From: an uncultured Dehalococcoidia bacterium
GTDB lineage: Bacteria > Chloroflexota > Dehalococcoidia > Lucifugimonadales > UBA3495
Direction of reading: 5' to 3'
Length of the DNA: 64,000 bases
Assembly: GCA_958296445.1 (NCBI GenBank)
Contig: OY282565.1
Coordinates: 440,458 to 504,457 of the forward strand
Positions 1 to 8,669 of the stretch are shown in pieces (the first letter of the stretch is position 1; each line of letters opens with the position of its first letter). The notes below the pieces were generated by a model. That model made no database searches, was not told where the DNA came from, and saw only the letters and a list, made by a program, of their open reading frames with translations. The translations under genes and the position numbers were made by a program.

Positions 1-2
1 TC

Positions 3-776
3 GGTTCGCAGATTCGGGCAGCCGCCTACGGACGCATCTTTGAGAACGTGGCGCGGAGCAAGTCCTATAGGGCGTTGCTGCTGGATATAGATTCGCCGGG
101 CGGGTCGGCTTCGGCTTCGGAGTCGTTGCACCGCAGCCTGGAGCGGGTGGCCGAAAGCAAGCCGGTGCTGGCCTACGTGCGCGGCATCGGGGCGTCGGGC
201 GGCTACTACCTCTGTTGCGCCGCCAGCCAGGTTTTCGCCTTGCCCACGGCGCTGGTCGGCTCCATCGGCGTCATTTATCTGCGCCCGGTGCTGGAGCAAC
301 TGCTGGGACGCGCCGGTATCGAGTTTTCGATTTTCAAGGGCGGCAAGTACAAGGATATGACCGGGTTCTGGCGCAGCCCCACCGCCGAGGAATCGGAGAG
401 ATTTCAGGGTTTGATTGAGGAGATTTACGGCAACTTTATTCAGGTGGTGGTCAAGGGCCGCTCGCTGCCCGAGGAAACCGTCCGCGAACTGGCGACGGGC
501 GAGGTTATGACCGGCCAGCGGGCGATAGAGACCGGGCTGATTGACCATATCGGCGACTTTACCGACGCGCTACAGGCGGCGGCGGAAGCGGGGCATACGC
601 GCCCCCGGGCCCGGCTGCTGCAACCCCGCCGCAGCCTGTCGCAAAGGCTGATGGGGCGTTCCTCGACGGAAACGGCGGCCTTGGCCGGGCTGGCCGGCGG
701 CCTGCAACGGATGCTTACCGGGGGGATATACTACCTGGATCCGGCCTATCTGGCCGGCTGGCCGGGGGATGGTTAG
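3..776 (+). CDS. sppA: Signal peptide peptidase SppA (S49), 5'-truncated by the window edge
   Basis: Motifs IDSPGGS, ASGGYY, GSIGV, GKYKD, ATGEVMTG. The frame is open back to the window start. Confidence 0.9.
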   Translation, partial: GSQIRAAAYGRIFENVARSKSYRALLLDIDSPGGSASASESLHRSLERVAESKPVLAYVRGIGASGGYYLCCAASQVFALPTALVGSIGVIYLRPVLEQLLGRAGIEFSIFKGGKYKDMTGFWRSPTAEESERFQGLIEEIYGNFIQVVVKGRSLPEETVRELATGEVMTGQRAIETGLIDHIGDFTDALQAAAEAGHTRPRARLLQPRRSLSQRLMGRSSTETAALAGLAGGLQRMLTGGIYYLDPAYLAGWPGDG

Positions 777-1228
777 GCCGCCGGGCTGCCTGCGGCGGGG
801 GCTGCGTCTTTTATTCCCGCGCCGGGAAACAGATGGGGCCGCAGCAGATCGGCGGCGGGTTCAATGGTCACTGCCATTGCCCAGCCGTCCGGGTCGTAGT
901 TGACGCAGATGCCGGGCATAACGATTTTTCTTACATAGGGCGGCTGGCCTGTCTGCAATTCCAGTGTGTCATTTTCCGGGGTGTAGCGAATTTGCAGATA
1001 CCCGCGGCTAACGCCGCCGCGTTGGGGTTTCTGTCCATCAGCGGGGAATAGATACGGCTTCAACAGCGTAGCGGCGGAATCAATCGTAACCGACACTACC
1101 GCATCGTTGTTCCGGTTGTAAGCAACCCAAAGCTGCGGGGCGATTGTTTCCCCTTCATAACGCGGTTCGTTCTTGTCCAGAACCAGAGTGTCACTGTCTG
1201 GGTAGTAAGCGATTCTTGGTTTTTCCAT
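773..1228 (-). CDS. Tandem DUF2283-like domain protein
   Basis: Two repeats of the (I/Y)xYxPxxDTL...V.Y..dG..v.vTI..A..LL.P.LFP pattern. AGGAG lies upstream of ATG 1228. Confidence 0.6.
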   Translation of the reverse strand: MEKPRIAYYPDSDTLVLDKNEPRYEGETIAPQLWVAYNRNNDAVVSVTIDSAATLLKPYLFPADGQKPQRGGVSRGYLQIRYTPENDTLELQTGQPPYVRKIVMPGICVNYDPDGWAMAVTIEPAADLLRPHLFPGAGIKDAAPAAGSPAA

Positions 1229-1362
1229 AATTATTATAATCTCCTGAATTATTTGGTTAGACGCCAATTTAGGTAGGCAGTTACAAGCCGGTCGTTTTCA
1301 ACTACAACACGAAGCTGTTTCTTGAGGGAATTGCGACATCCCCATTTTCTACCCTGTCTTTT

Positions 1363-1452
1363 TGTCACCCTGAGTGACCCCTTTGTCACCCTGAGCAAAG
1401 CGAAGGGTCTCACTGCCCAAGGTGAGATTCTTCGCTTTGCTCAGAATGACAG
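1363..1452. repeat. REP-like palindrome family A (GTCACCCTGAGCAAAGCGAAGGGTCTC...GAGATTCTTCGCTTTGCTCAGAATGAC)
   Basis: Imperfect inverted repeat seen directly; about ten copies occur in the window. Confidence 0.9.
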
Positions 1453-1522
1453 GTGCTTGCTCAGAATGTAATGATAGCCGGGGTTGGACACTACCCGCCG
1501 GGCGTAGGCCCGTCTTTCGGCG

Positions 1523-2323
1523 TTATGCATTGAGCAGCCGTTTGGCTTCTTGCCATAGTTCTTCTTTTTCGGGCAGGGGTAGGGCTTGGAAGTCTAGGTT
1601 GCGTTGGGCGGCTAGTTGCTCCATTGCGCGGTAGCGGGCGGCGAAGCGGGCGTTGGCCTGGCGCAGGACGTCCTCGGCGTGGGCGTCGGCCCAGCGAGAC
1701 AGGTTGACTAGGGCAAAGAATATGTCGCCCAATTCGTGAACCCGCTCGTCCGGCGTATTGGCCTGGCGGAACTCTTCGATTTCCTCGGCCACCTTGTCCA
1801 GCACGCCGGAGACGTCGTCCCACTCGAAACCGGCGCGGGCCACCCGGTCTTGCATGAGTTGCGACGCGGCTAGGGCGGGCAGGCTGGCGGGGATGCCGTC
1901 CACCGGGGACTTGGGGGTTCCGGCGGCGTTGCGTTCCGCGGCCTTGATGCGCTCCCAATTGCGCTCGACTTCCCGGGCGTCGGCTACGGTTTCTCCGGCG
2001 AAAACGTGGGGATGGCGGCGGATGAGCTTGCGGTTGATGCGCTCGATGACGCCGCCGATGTCAAAGCGGCCCGCTTCTTGGGCGATGTCGGCGTGAAAGG
2101 CGATCTGTACCAGCAAATCGCCCAGCTCTTCCGACAGCACGCCGGGGTCGCCCGCGTCTATGGCTTCCAGGGCCTCGTGGGCTTCTTCCAGCAGGTTGCG
2201 TTTGAGCGACTGGTGGGTTTGCTCTCGGTCCCAGGGGCAGCCGCCGGGGGCCCGCAGTCGGGCCACGATGTCCACCAGCGTTTGGAATTGGTCAATTTGG
2301 CCGTTGGTTTCATATTCTTTCAT
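1523..2323 (-). CDS. mazG: Nucleoside triphosphate pyrophosphohydrolase MazG
   Basis: LRAPGGCPWDREQTH, EELGDLL, KLIRRHPHVF and a second ELGD motif. ATG at 2323. Confidence 0.95.
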   Translation of the reverse strand: MKEYETNGQIDQFQTLVDIVARLRAPGGCPWDREQTHQSLKRNLLEEAHEALEAIDAGDPGVLSEELGDLLVQIAFHADIAQEAGRFDIGGVIERINRKLIRRHPHVFAGETVADAREVERNWERIKAAERNAAGTPKSPVDGIPASLPALAASQLMQDRVARAGFEWDDVSGVLDKVAEEIEEFRQANTPDERVHELGDIFFALVNLSRWADAHAEDVLRQANARFAARYRAMEQLAAQRNLDFQALPLPEKEELWQEAKRLLNA

Positions 2324-2329
2324 AGGGCG

Positions 2330-2337
2330 ATTATAAT
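2330..2337. promoter_or_regulatory. Palindromic ATTATAAT giving a TATAAT -10 element on both strands between divergent genes
   Basis: TATAAT reads at 2332-2337 (+) and 2335-2330 (-), 11 nt and 6 nt before the two start codons. Confidence 0.5.
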
Positions 2338-2348
2338 GAGTCACGCCA

Positions 2349-3107
2349 ATGTTTCAATCAGCATTTCATTCCGGCAGCCCCATTAACCGGCTGGCAAGCG
2401 GCCTGCGCTGGCTGCCCGCCGCGCTGTTTATTGTCGCCGTTCCGGTGTTTCTGGTGACCGGCAGCATAACTTGGGCTTTCAACAACATCGGCCTCTACGA
2501 AAGCGGATTTGAGAAGTACCGCATTTCTTGGGTCAGCGGCATCACGCCCGGCGGCCTGCGGCAAGTGGCGGTGGACATCCGCGCCTACTTCAACTCCGGC
2601 GACGAGCCGCTGAGGGTGCAGGCCCGCGTGTTCGGCGCCGAGCGGGAGCTGTTCAGCGAAAAGGAAGTCATCCACATGGCCGATGTGAAGCGGCTGCTGT
2701 GGTGGGTGTACGGGGCCTTTGCGGTGTCGGCGGCGTGTCTGGCGGGGGTGGCGGCGGCGGGGTTCGCCCGCAGGCGGCGCGAATACCTGCCCACGCTGGC
2801 CCGCCGGACGCTGTGGGGCGGCGGGCTTACCGCCGGGCTGTTGCTGGCCTTCGGCCTGCTGGCGACGGTCGGCTTCGATACGCTGTTCCTGCTGTTCCAC
2901 CGGATTAGCTTTGCCAACGATTTCTGGAAGCTGGACCCGCGCACCGACTACTTGGTTCTGCTGTTTCCGCAAGGCTTCTGGTTCGACGCTACGATATGGT
3001 TTGCGTTGCGGGCCTTGGCCGGGGGCGTCATCCTGGCGGCGGCCGGCGGGGGCTACCTAGCCTGGCGGCGGTGGCAAGGCGCGGCGAAAGCGAAAGGGCG
3101 CGGATAA
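2349..3107 (+). CDS. TIGR01906/DUF1461 integral membrane protein (Lit-like lipoprotein intramolecular transacylase family)
   Basis: EVIHMADVK and FHRISFANDFWKLDPRTDYLVLLFPQGFW motifs; four hydrophobic segments. Confidence 0.8.
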   Translation: MFQSAFHSGSPINRLASGLRWLPAALFIVAVPVFLVTGSITWAFNNIGLYESGFEKYRISWVSGITPGGLRQVAVDIRAYFNSGDEPLRVQARVFGAERELFSEKEVIHMADVKRLLWWVYGAFAVSAACLAGVAAAGFARRRREYLPTLARRTLWGGGLTAGLLLAFGLLATVGFDTLFLLFHRISFANDFWKLDPRTDYLVLLFPQGFWFDATIWFALRALAGGVILAAAGGGYLAWRRWQGAAKAKGRG

Positions 3108-3195
3108 CCGGCCAACTGCCAGTATCCGCGCCCCGGTGCGGTCACCCGGCGCGGCTAAAGGGAAAGGGGCAACCCGGCGGGCGGGAAATCCCGGC

Positions 3196-3426
3196 CTAGT
3201 GTCCGCAGCCGCAGCCGCCGGCGCAGCAGCCGCCACCGCCGAGGGGCGGCAGGGGGCCGGGGCTGAATGACTGCTCTTCCGATGCGTTCCCCACCCGGGC
3301 GAACACCGATATGGCCCGCTTGGCGGGCTGTTCGCAGTTGGGGCAGTCGGCGCCGGTGGCGCTCATCGGCTGGAGCTTGTCGAACTTGTGGCTGCACGTG
3401 GGGCAGTGGTATTCGTACAGAGGCAT
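3196..3426 (-). CDS. FmdB-family zinc-ribbon protein
   Basis: MPLYEYHCPTC...CPNC with a Gly/Cys-rich tail. Confidence 0.9.
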   Translation of the reverse strand: MPLYEYHCPTCSHKFDKLQPMSATGADCPNCEQPAKRAISVFARVGNASEEQSFSPGPLPPLGGGGCCAGGCGCGH

Positions 3427-3498
3427 AACGCGGCTCCAAATTCAGTGTCGTTAGCAGGGAATTTAACCGAACCGGGCGGCGGCGGTCAAGGGCGGGGC
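3399..3498. repeat. 100-bp direct repeat, copy 1 (fmdB start plus upstream region)
   Basis: Matches 4064-4163 with one mismatch seen. Confidence 0.9.
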
Positions 3499-3530
3499 AA
3501 GACGATGGATGCGTTGCGGCCCGCAGTTCC

Positions 3531-3624
3531 GTCATTTCCGCATAGGCGGGAATCCAAAGGCGTATCGGCCGGTGACGTTCTCTTACCGCAGACATTGCTG
3601 GATTCCCGCTTTCGCGGGAATGAC
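3531..3624. repeat. REP-like family C inverted pair (GTCATTCCCGC...GCGGGAATCC)
   Basis: GTCATTTCCGCATAGGCGGGAATCC followed by GGATTCCCGCTTTCGCGGGAATGAC. Confidence 0.85.
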
Positions 3625-3659
3625 GGGTTTGGACGGAATGATAGTGGTTGGCGGCGGTG

Positions 3660-3751
3660 ATGTGGTTGACCGGGGCGCGGAGGCGTTTTCCCGACTCCTC
3701 GGGTGCCCGGCTTACGGCGTAGAGAAGCACATTGGTGTCAACGAATCGCAT
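3660..3751 (-). pseudogene. Truncated PIN/VapC toxin (N-terminus only)
   Basis: MRFVDTNVLLYAVS is a typical PIN N-terminus and overlaps the antitoxin stop. Similarity is lost after about 26 codons, just before a REP-C element. Confidence 0.75.
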
Positions 3752-4028
3752 TGCGCTGGTACAGCTCTTCCCGGGGCAGATTGTCGGCCATTCGCAGCCC
3801 TATGCCCCGCTTCTCAAAGTCCGCGGCGACTTCTCTCAGGATTCTGCGCCGTTGCTCCAGATTGGTTTCTGAAGCCGGGTCTTTGGCTGACACCGCCTTG
3901 GCGTCATCGTGGGCCAGGTTTTGCAGAAAATTGCGAACCAGCGCCGAAACTGAGGTTCCGTTCTCGGCGGCCTTGATTCTGGAAAGCCGGTAGGTTTCGT
4001 CGTCTACCGACACGGTGATGTTTTTCAT
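3738..4028 (-). CDS. Ribbon-helix-helix (CopG/Arc-like) antitoxin
   Basis: MKNITVSVDDETYRLSRIKAAENGTSVSALVRNFL and a C-terminal REELYQR. Confidence 0.8.
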   Translation of the reverse strand: MKNITVSVDDETYRLSRIKAAENGTSVSALVRNFLQNLAHDDAKAVSAKDPASETNLEQRRRILREVAADFEKRGIGLRMADNLPREELYQRNAIR

Positions 4029-4063
4029 AGTTTCGCAGGTCTCCGGCTAGAATGGCGCCTTGT

Positions 4064-4163
4064 TGGGGCAGTGGTATTCGTACAGAGGCATAACACGGCT
4101 CCAAATTCAGTGTCGTTAGCAGGGAATTTAACCGAACCGGGCGGCGGCGGTCAAGGGCGGGGC
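4064..4163. repeat. 100-bp direct repeat, copy 2
   Basis: Matches 3399-3498. Confidence 0.9.
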
Positions 4164-4176
4164 GAGGTGTTGTGGA

Positions 4177-5052
4177 CTACTCGCCGCTGCTCAGGGTGGG
4201 GTAATCCAAAATATGGGATGCTCGCCGTCCTTCAAATATGAGCTTTGTGGGACCCATCAGAAAATACATTGTCCAGAGACGCCAAAGCAATTGCCATTGT
4301 TCACCGCCCAAGTCTGGCTTGGTAATAGGGAGACCCGATTCCAAAGCACTACCTGCACTAAACAGGGCGGCATGAGATTGCGGACGGTCAATCAGCGGTT
4401 CTTTCAGCGCATTGCTGAGAACGGTTATGTCCTTTTCAGTTCTATCGGGATTGCTCCGCAAAGCCTCAAGCAACAAATCTTGAGATCGCCCAAGGGCAGA
4501 CCGGGCTTGTTGCGCCATTATCGCGGTTATATCACCTAGCATCGAGACGTAGTAAGGATATGTATCTGGGGTTGCCTCTACCCTCTCGGTGGCGTTATCA
4601 ACGGCTGCAATGATGTCTTTGGCGGAAATATAGCGGTTTCCTAGGATAAACTGGGCATCCACTGGCCCTAAATCGCTGGCTGGTGCCATCATAATATGGT
4701 GAGATCCCAGAGCCAGCAATGTGGCGGCACTCTTGGCTTGGTTGGGCACAATCACCGTAAACTCTCGGCAACGCGCTTGGATCGAGCGTACCAACCTGAT
4801 CGCCGCCTCGCCATCGCCTCCGGGTGAGTCGAGCATAAGATGCAAGTCCTCATTGGGGTCAGCGTCGTAGATAATATCTTCAAACAGAGTGATACTCTCG
4901 TCAATGATAGGGCCTGCCATTACGGCCAACCGGCACGCATAGTCTTGCTCATAAGCGGCAATCATAGACTGCCGCTCATAGCGGTCTGCGTTATTAGCCC
5001 GGAAGAGCGGGCTTTGCGGAGGGTTAGACACGGTGTCGAAGCTGCCCATCAT
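4177..5052 (-). CDS. ClpP-fold serine proteinase (SDH_sah/S49-like)
   Basis: LDSPGG, AKSAATLLALG, LGPVDAQ and a SH motif. Lower GC than the flanks. Start uncertain (5052 or 5049). Confidence 0.8.
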   Translation of the reverse strand: MMGSFDTVSNPPQSPLFRANNADRYERQSMIAAYEQDYACRLAVMAGPIIDESITLFEDIIYDADPNEDLHLMLDSPGGDGEAAIRLVRSIQARCREFTVIVPNQAKSAATLLALGSHHIMMAPASDLGPVDAQFILGNRYISAKDIIAAVDNATERVEATPDTYPYYVSMLGDITAIMAQQARSALGRSQDLLLEALRSNPDRTEKDITVLSNALKEPLIDRPQSHAALFSAGSALESGLPITKPDLGGEQWQLLWRLWTMYFLMGPTKLIFEGRRASHILDYPTLSSGE

Positions 5053-5230
5053 TCCTGTCTCCTCGAGGGCGTATAGCCGGGCGTGGGAAAGTGACCGGCT
5101 TGCCCTTCCTGGCCTTTCGCGCCGCTTCGCGCTCCCGTTTGGCGAGGGCGATTTTTTCACGCCAGTCCAGGTCGTGTTTGCCGGAGGGCGAAATTGGGGG
5201 TTCCGAGTTTTCAGTCTTTCTCTCGATCAT
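5024..5230 (-). CDS. Small basic hypothetical protein upstream of the ClpP-fold protease
   Basis: 68-aa ATG ORF with a predicted helix (WREKIALAKREREAARKARKGK); overlaps the protease start. Confidence 0.4.
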   Translation of the reverse strand: MIERKTENSEPPISPSGKHDLDWREKIALAKREREAARKARKGKPVTFPRPAIRPRGDRNDGQLRHRV

Positions 5231-5395
5231 TGCGGTACTCTTTGATAATTTGTATTCGATTTATCTATACTACTTCTGATATTCTAATGGACTAGCCCTG
5301 CCATGTCAACCCCGGCTCGTCAGTGATCCGCTGGTATCTGGCGTGGGTATGCTTGGCGCGCCTCTGCGCTTGATATTAAGGGAGATTCGTTCAGC

Positions 5396-6880
5396 TTGCT
5401 TCGTGAGATAAGAACCGGGCCGGGGTTTAAGTGGTGGGTGTTTGCCACTATTGCCGTTGGCACTTTTGTGTCGGTGGTGGATAACGGGTCGGTGCTGATT
5501 GCGCTGCCGGAGATTGAGGAGCATTTCGGCTCCGACCTGCCTACGGTGCAGTGGGTGGTGGTGGGCAACGCCCTGGCTATCAGCGCCCTTATCCTGCCTA
5601 TGGGGCGGCTGGGCGACATCGCCGGGCGCAAGTGGGTATACATCGGCGGGCTGATTATTTTCGTTACCGGGTCGGCCCTGGCCGGGCTGGCCGCCAACCT
5701 GTCTTGGCTGATTACCGCCAAGGTGTTTCAGGGCATTGGGTCGGCGATGATTCAGGGCAACGGGATGGCTACCACCATTTCGTCTTTCAGCGGGGCCGAG
5801 CGGGGCAAGGCGCTGGGCACTCACATGAGCGTGGTGGGCAGCGGCGCCATCGCCGGGCCGGCCATCGGCGGACTGCTGGTTGCCGCCTTTGGCTGGCGGT
5901 CGGTGTTTTTCGTCAACGTTCCCATCGGCATATTGACCATCCTGATTTCGTGGTATGTGCTTCGCCCGGCGCGGGAGACGGCGGCGGAGCGGGCCGCGGG
6001 GCGGTTCGACTGGCCCGGCGCGGCACTGTCGGCTCTGGCGCTGCTGGCCTTTCTGCTGGTGGTGGGCAACGGCCACCGGCTGGGCTGGGATTCCCCGGCG
6101 GTGCTGCTGGGCGTGGCGGCCACCGCGGCCCTGCTGTCGGGGTTCATCTGGTGGGAACTGCGGGCGGAGTCGCCGATGCTGGACTTGCGGCTTTTCCGGC
6201 GCAAACTGGTCGCTATCGGCGCGGCGGCAAGCTGGCTGTCGTTTATGGGAATGTCGTCATCCCGCTTTATGATGCCTTTCTACCTGCAACGGGTGCTGGA
6301 GATAAGCCCGCGCGATGTGGGGCTGCTGCTGATACCGCCCGCGCTGTGTATGGTGCTGCTGGGGCCGGTGTGCGGGCGGCTGTCCGACCGTTTCGGCTGG
6401 CGGGCGCTTACGGTTTCGGGGCTGGCCTTGTCTATGGCCGCCAGCGTCATCATCGCCGCCAACCTTACCGGGACGTCGCCGGTGGTGTTTATCGTGCTGA
6501 TGCTGATGCTCCAGAGTTGCGGGATGGCACTGTTCAACTCGCCCAACAACAGCTCGATCCTCGGCGCGGTGGAGCGCAGCCAGTACGGAGTGGTGGCGGG
6601 GCTGACGCAGCTAATCCGCAACTCGGCCAACGTCACCAGCATCGCCGTAGCGACTACGGTGGTGGTGGTCACTATGGGGAGCTACGGGGTGGAGCCGAGC
6701 CTGGACGCGGTTTCGCCAGCGGTGGCCGGGGCTTTCGTCGCCGGGCTGAAGTGGGCCTTTTTCCTGATGGCCGGGATGCTGCTAACCGGGGTGGTTCTGG
6801 CCGTAATCCGCGGCGAGCGCAAACGCCCGGAACCCGCCGCGCCCACGCCCCCCGAACCGGCGCAGACGCCCGCGGACTAG
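5396..6880 (+). CDS. DHA2 (EmrB/QacA) MFS transporter
   Basis: GRLGDIAGRK, GPAIGG, WRSVFFVNVPIG and DWPG motifs; about 14 TM segments. Confidence 0.9.
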   Translation: MLREIRTGPGFKWWVFATIAVGTFVSVVDNGSVLIALPEIEEHFGSDLPTVQWVVVGNALAISALILPMGRLGDIAGRKWVYIGGLIIFVTGSALAGLAANLSWLITAKVFQGIGSAMIQGNGMATTISSFSGAERGKALGTHMSVVGSGAIAGPAIGGLLVAAFGWRSVFFVNVPIGILTILISWYVLRPARETAAERAAGRFDWPGAALSALALLAFLLVVGNGHRLGWDSPAVLLGVAATAALLSGFIWWELRAESPMLDLRLFRRKLVAIGAAASWLSFMGMSSSRFMMPFYLQRVLEISPRDVGLLLIPPALCMVLLGPVCGRLSDRFGWRALTVSGLALSMAASVIIAANLTGTSPVVFIVLMLMLQSCGMALFNSPNNSSILGAVERSQYGVVAGLTQLIRNSANVTSIAVATTVVVVTMGSYGVEPSLDAVSPAVAGAFVAGLKWAFFLMAGMLLTGVVLAVIRGERKRPEPAAPTPPEPAQTPAD

Positions 6881-6942
6881 GGGCGGCGTTATCCGCACGG
6901 GGCGGGATTGTCTGGATTGGGATTTTCGGGGTTATAGGGGCT

Positions 6943-7048
6943 TTGTCTGAACCGGGATTGTCTGAATCAGGATTTTCAGGATTCAGGGATTTTCAGGATT
7001 TGTCTTATCCAGTAAATCCTATAATCCGGTAAATCCTGATTCAGACAA
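6943..7048. repeat. Palindromic repeat family B (TGTCTGAATCAGGATTTTCAGGATT...AATCCTGATTCAGACA)
   Basis: Long inverted repeat built from 9-bp-period GGATT units. Confidence 0.9.
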
Positions 7049-7156
7049 AGGGCCGGACGCTCCGGGGTTATCTGCCCCCAATTGGACAATGGCGGGGGCG
7101 GTTGCTACACTGTTGGCGTAGTCCTAGGCATACAACGAACAGGCGGAGGAGATACC

Positions 7157-7363
7157 GTGGCAGACGTTAAAATCGAAATCCGGGAAAACGGGCCCAACCG
7201 CGTCACCGGCCCCATTGAAATCGTGGACGTGAGCGGCGCCAGCTACTCCATTCCCGAAGGGCGCTGGGTCAGCCTGTGCCGCTGCGGACACTCGGCGGAA
7301 AAGCCCTTTTGCGACGGCGCCCACCGCGACGCCGGTTTCCAGGCCGATTCGCAGGCCCGCTAA
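7157..7363 (+). CDS. CDGSH iron-sulfur domain protein
   Basis: LCRCGHSAEKPFCDGAH; GGAGGA RBS before GTG 7157. Confidence 0.93.
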   Translation: MADVKIEIRENGPNRVTGPIEIVDVSGASYSIPEGRWVSLCRCGHSAEKPFCDGAHRDAGFQADSQAR

Positions 7364-7462
7364 CCGCCGCCGCACACCCGGCTACCCAACGCAGGGGCGC
7401 TTGGCGAAAGCGCCCCTCGTCATTGGCAGGTATTCCGCACACTTTGGCAACAGGAGCGGCAA

Positions 7463-8086
7463 TTGACCGATGCAGACCGCGCCGCCGTTGAGTTCAAGCC
7501 TTTGACCGCCGGGCTTATTCATCACTTGGGAACGGTCTTGCGGGGGAATTTCGGCGCCGGGTGCTGGTGTATGTTTCCGCGCTTGACCGACGCGCAGACG
7601 CGGGAGCTGCCCGGCGAGGGGAATCAGAGCGCCCGCAAGCGGGAGGCGATGACCCGTCTGGCCGGCCGCCGGCCCGCCCCGGGGCTGCTGGCCTTTGAGG
7701 ACGGCGAACCCGTCGGCTGGGTTGCGGTCGCTCCGAGGGATGAGTTGACGCGAATCGTCCGCTCCCGGGCCACGCCCCCGGTGGACGCCGCGCCGGTGTG
7801 GGTCATTCCCTGCGTCACTGTCCGCAAGGGGCATCGGGGCCGGGGCATCGCCGTTGCGCTGATACGGGCCGCCGTGGCCTACGCCGGACAGCACGGCGCC
7901 CCGGCGGTAGAGGCGTACCCCCGCGCGGGCGGCGAGCGCACTGGCGACGACAACGCCTATTTCGGCACCGAACCGCTGTTCCGCCGCGCCGGGTTCGAGG
8001 TGGTACGGCAGCCGCTGGAACCCCGCCCGCGCCACTGGCTGCCGCGGGTTGCTATGCGTGTCGCTACGGGGGCGGGTTGCGGGTAG
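7463..8086 (+). CDS. GNAT family N-acetyltransferase
   Basis: GCWCM, PVGWVAVAP, HRGRGIA and VEAYP motifs. Confidence 0.88.
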   Translation: MTDADRAAVEFKPLTAGLIHHLGTVLRGNFGAGCWCMFPRLTDAQTRELPGEGNQSARKREAMTRLAGRRPAPGLLAFEDGEPVGWVAVAPRDELTRIVRSRATPPVDAAPVWVIPCVTVRKGHRGRGIAVALIRAAVAYAGQHGAPAVEAYPRAGGERTGDDNAYFGTEPLFRRAGFEVVRQPLEPRPRHWLPRVAMRVATGAGCG

Positions 8087-8100
8087 GGCGTCTTGCCCCT

Positions 8101-8170
8101 TTGTCACCCTGAGCGGAGCGAAGGGTCTCACCGCCCAAGGTGAGATTCTTCGCTTTGCTCAGAATGACAG
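8101..8170. repeat. REP-like family A
   Basis: Same palindrome as 1363-1452; lies between convergent genes. Confidence 0.9.
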
Positions 8171-8196
8171 ACTGCGCTCAGAATGGCAGACGGCGC

Positions 8197-8616
8197 CTAT
8201 GCCCCGGCGCCGTTGGGCGGGGCGTCCGCGGCAATTAGCGGCGCCAGCAGGTCAAGCAGCTCCGCGACGCTTTCTATGTCCTTGCCGATGATTGCCGCGT
8301 TCAGGTGCCTTTTGCGCTGGTAATAGTTTTGATGCAGTTCGTTGGCTCTGCTCCGCAGGTCGAGCAGGCGGTCGTTGCCGGTTAAGAGGTTGGCCCGGTT
8401 TAGGACGATGCTGAAATCCCGGTGGCGGTCGTATTCCCAGCCTTGGGCCTCGGCTACGGCTTTCGTCATGTGCGCCGCCGCGCCCCAGCCCTTTTCCGAC
8501 GCCTGATGCAGGTCATTGGCGGCTAGGTATTCCCGGCTTTTCGCCAAGAAATCGCGGGCTTGCTCTTGATAATCATTCACGGCTTCCCAAGTTTCGGCAA
8601 GCTCCGGGGCAGTCAT
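8197..8616 (-). CDS. PaREP1-family (HEPN-like) protein
   Basis: QASEKGWGAAAHMTKAVAEAQGW and LHQNYY motifs; AGGAG RBS. Confidence 0.8.
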   Translation of the reverse strand: MTAPELAETWEAVNDYQEQARDFLAKSREYLAANDLHQASEKGWGAAAHMTKAVAEAQGWEYDRHRDFSIVLNRANLLTGNDRLLDLRSRANELHQNYYQRKRHLNAAIIGKDIESVAELLDLLAPLIAADAPPNGAGA

Positions 8617-8669
8617 AAAAGCTCCTGATGGTTACGTTACGTTGCGGCGCGGCTACCGGGCGGCGCGGC

